DNA from: an uncultured Actinomycetota bacterium
GTDB lineage: Bacteria > Actinomycetota > Actinomycetes > JAHEKZ01
Assembly: GCA_963829525.1 (NCBI GenBank)
Contig: CAWHIJ010000003.1
Span: forward strand, 1,696,001 to 1,760,000
Length of the DNA: 64,000 nucleotides
Reading direction: 5' to 3'
This document shows, piece by piece, positions 63,054 to 64,000 of this stretch. The position numbers and the translations under genes were made by a program. Position 1 is the first letter of the stretch. Each line of letters opens with the position of its first letter. Under the pieces are notes generated by a model. It ran no database searches, had not been told where the DNA came from, and saw only the letters and a program-made list of their open reading frames with translations.

Positions 63054-63225
63054 CGGGAGATCTTGTCAGCAGCCCAGGGGCAATCGCCAGCACCCGTGAG
63101 GGGGAACTCCGCAACAACATGGCAACAAACCGCTATCTGATGGACAAGTTGCTGTTTGTCATTGATTCCGCAGGAAGATCTCCGTACGCTCGCGATACTG
63201 CGATAACGGCGTTATAGGAGAGCCC

Positions 63226-64000
63226 GTGAGCCATCCACTGCCCCAGCCGTACGACTACCGACAGCGCGAAGTGCACGAGCCTGACTGGACTCGCTTGCCT
63301 GGCTGGAGTCAGGTCACGACGGCCGATTGGGAGAACGCGCAGTGGCAACGCTCTCACTGCGTCAAGAACATCAAGCAGCTCCGTGGTGTGATGGGCGATC
63401 TGCTCACCGATGACTTCTACGACGACCTCGAGCTCGACCAGGCCGAGCGCGCCACGATGTCAATGCTGATCCCGCCGCAAATGGTCAACACGATGGTTCC
63501 TGACTCACATGACACCGGAACTCCCACGGCACTGACCTTCACTGAAGCGTTTCTCGCCGATCCCATCCGTCGGTACATGCTTCCAGTGTTCAGTGACAGG
63601 CGAACCGATTGGCCATCCCACCCCTACTCCAGTCGCGACTCCCTGCACGAGCACGACATGTGGCGTGCCGAGGGCCTGACACACCGCTACCCCACGAAGG
63701 TGCTCGCAGAGGTGCTATCTACGTGTCCTCAGTACTGCGGTCACTGCACCCGAATGGACCTCGTCGGCAACTCGACCCCTACTGTGAAGAAGCTCAAGCT
63801 CGAGCTGAAGCCAGTCGACCGTATGCAGCAGCATCTCGACTATTTGCGCGCCACGCCTTCGGTTCGTGATGTCGTTGTCTCTGGTGGCGACGTCGGCAAC
63901 ATGCCATGGAAGAACCTCGAGGCCTACGTCGACCAGATCCTCGACGTCGAGAACATCCGGGACATCCGGTTGGCGACCAAGGCCTTGATGGGTCTTCCTC
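63226..64000 (+). CDS. kamA: Lysine 2,3-aminomutase family radical SAM protein (3' end outside window; absent from the ORF track)
   Basis: AGGAG RBS then GTG 63226: MSHPLPQPYDY…WQRSHCVKN…HRYPTKVLAEVLSTCPQYCGHCTR (CxxxCxxC)…DVVVSGGD; open to the window end. Confidence 0.9.
   Translation, partial: MSHPLPQPYDYRQREVHEPDWTRLPGWSQVTTADWENAQWQRSHCVKNIKQLRGVMGDLLTDDFYDDLELDQAERATMSMLIPPQMVNTMVPDSHDTGTPTALTFTEAFLADPIRRYMLPVFSDRRTDWPSHPYSSRDSLHEHDMWRAEGLTHRYPTKVLAEVLSTCPQYCGHCTRMDLVGNSTPTVKKLKLELKPVDRMQQHLDYLRATPSVRDVVVSGGDVGNMPWKNLEAYVDQILDVENIRDIRLATKALMGLP

Noticed and set aside
63054-63225. Lysine or cobalamin riboswitch before the kam genes
   Set aside because: The spacer is short, must hold two promoters, and shows no recognisable L-box or B12-box sequence.

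Overview
High-GC actinobacterial chromosome segment (Actinomycetota by gene content and synteny), mostly core genes on the + strand. The order is nadK(3' end)-recN-steA-steB, a four-gene glycan-type module, pyrG-NUDIX-ald-xerD-parA-partner-scpA-scpB-rluB-aroH-tyrA-cmk-der, an S66 peptidase and tRNA-Pro(GGG). A small islet bounded by a duplicated tRNA 3' end follows and carries an orphan Rieske oxygenase. Next come accessory genes, the conserved pgsA2-DUF881-sbp-DUF881-gcvH-garA-ftsR-nuclease-merR block, a tandem glycine riboswitch and gcvP. After these are an srsABC-like type III PKS trio, fhs, rbpA and fxsA-ppm1-lnt. The right end holds a divergent lysine-fermentation-type locus (kal-kamE-kamD-amidohydrolase-kdd | kamA, with kamA truncated by the window edge). 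The strongest leads are: (1) the lysine locus has no Kce in view but contains a translationally coupled amidohydrolase; (2) an apparently complete polyprenol-linked glycan pathway sits in the steAB operon; (3) a ParA plus ribbon-helix-helix-like partner lies near a cluster of TGTCGACA-type repeats; (4) the integrase-less tRNA-Pro islet. All product calls come from motif recognition and synteny by eye; no database searches were run.
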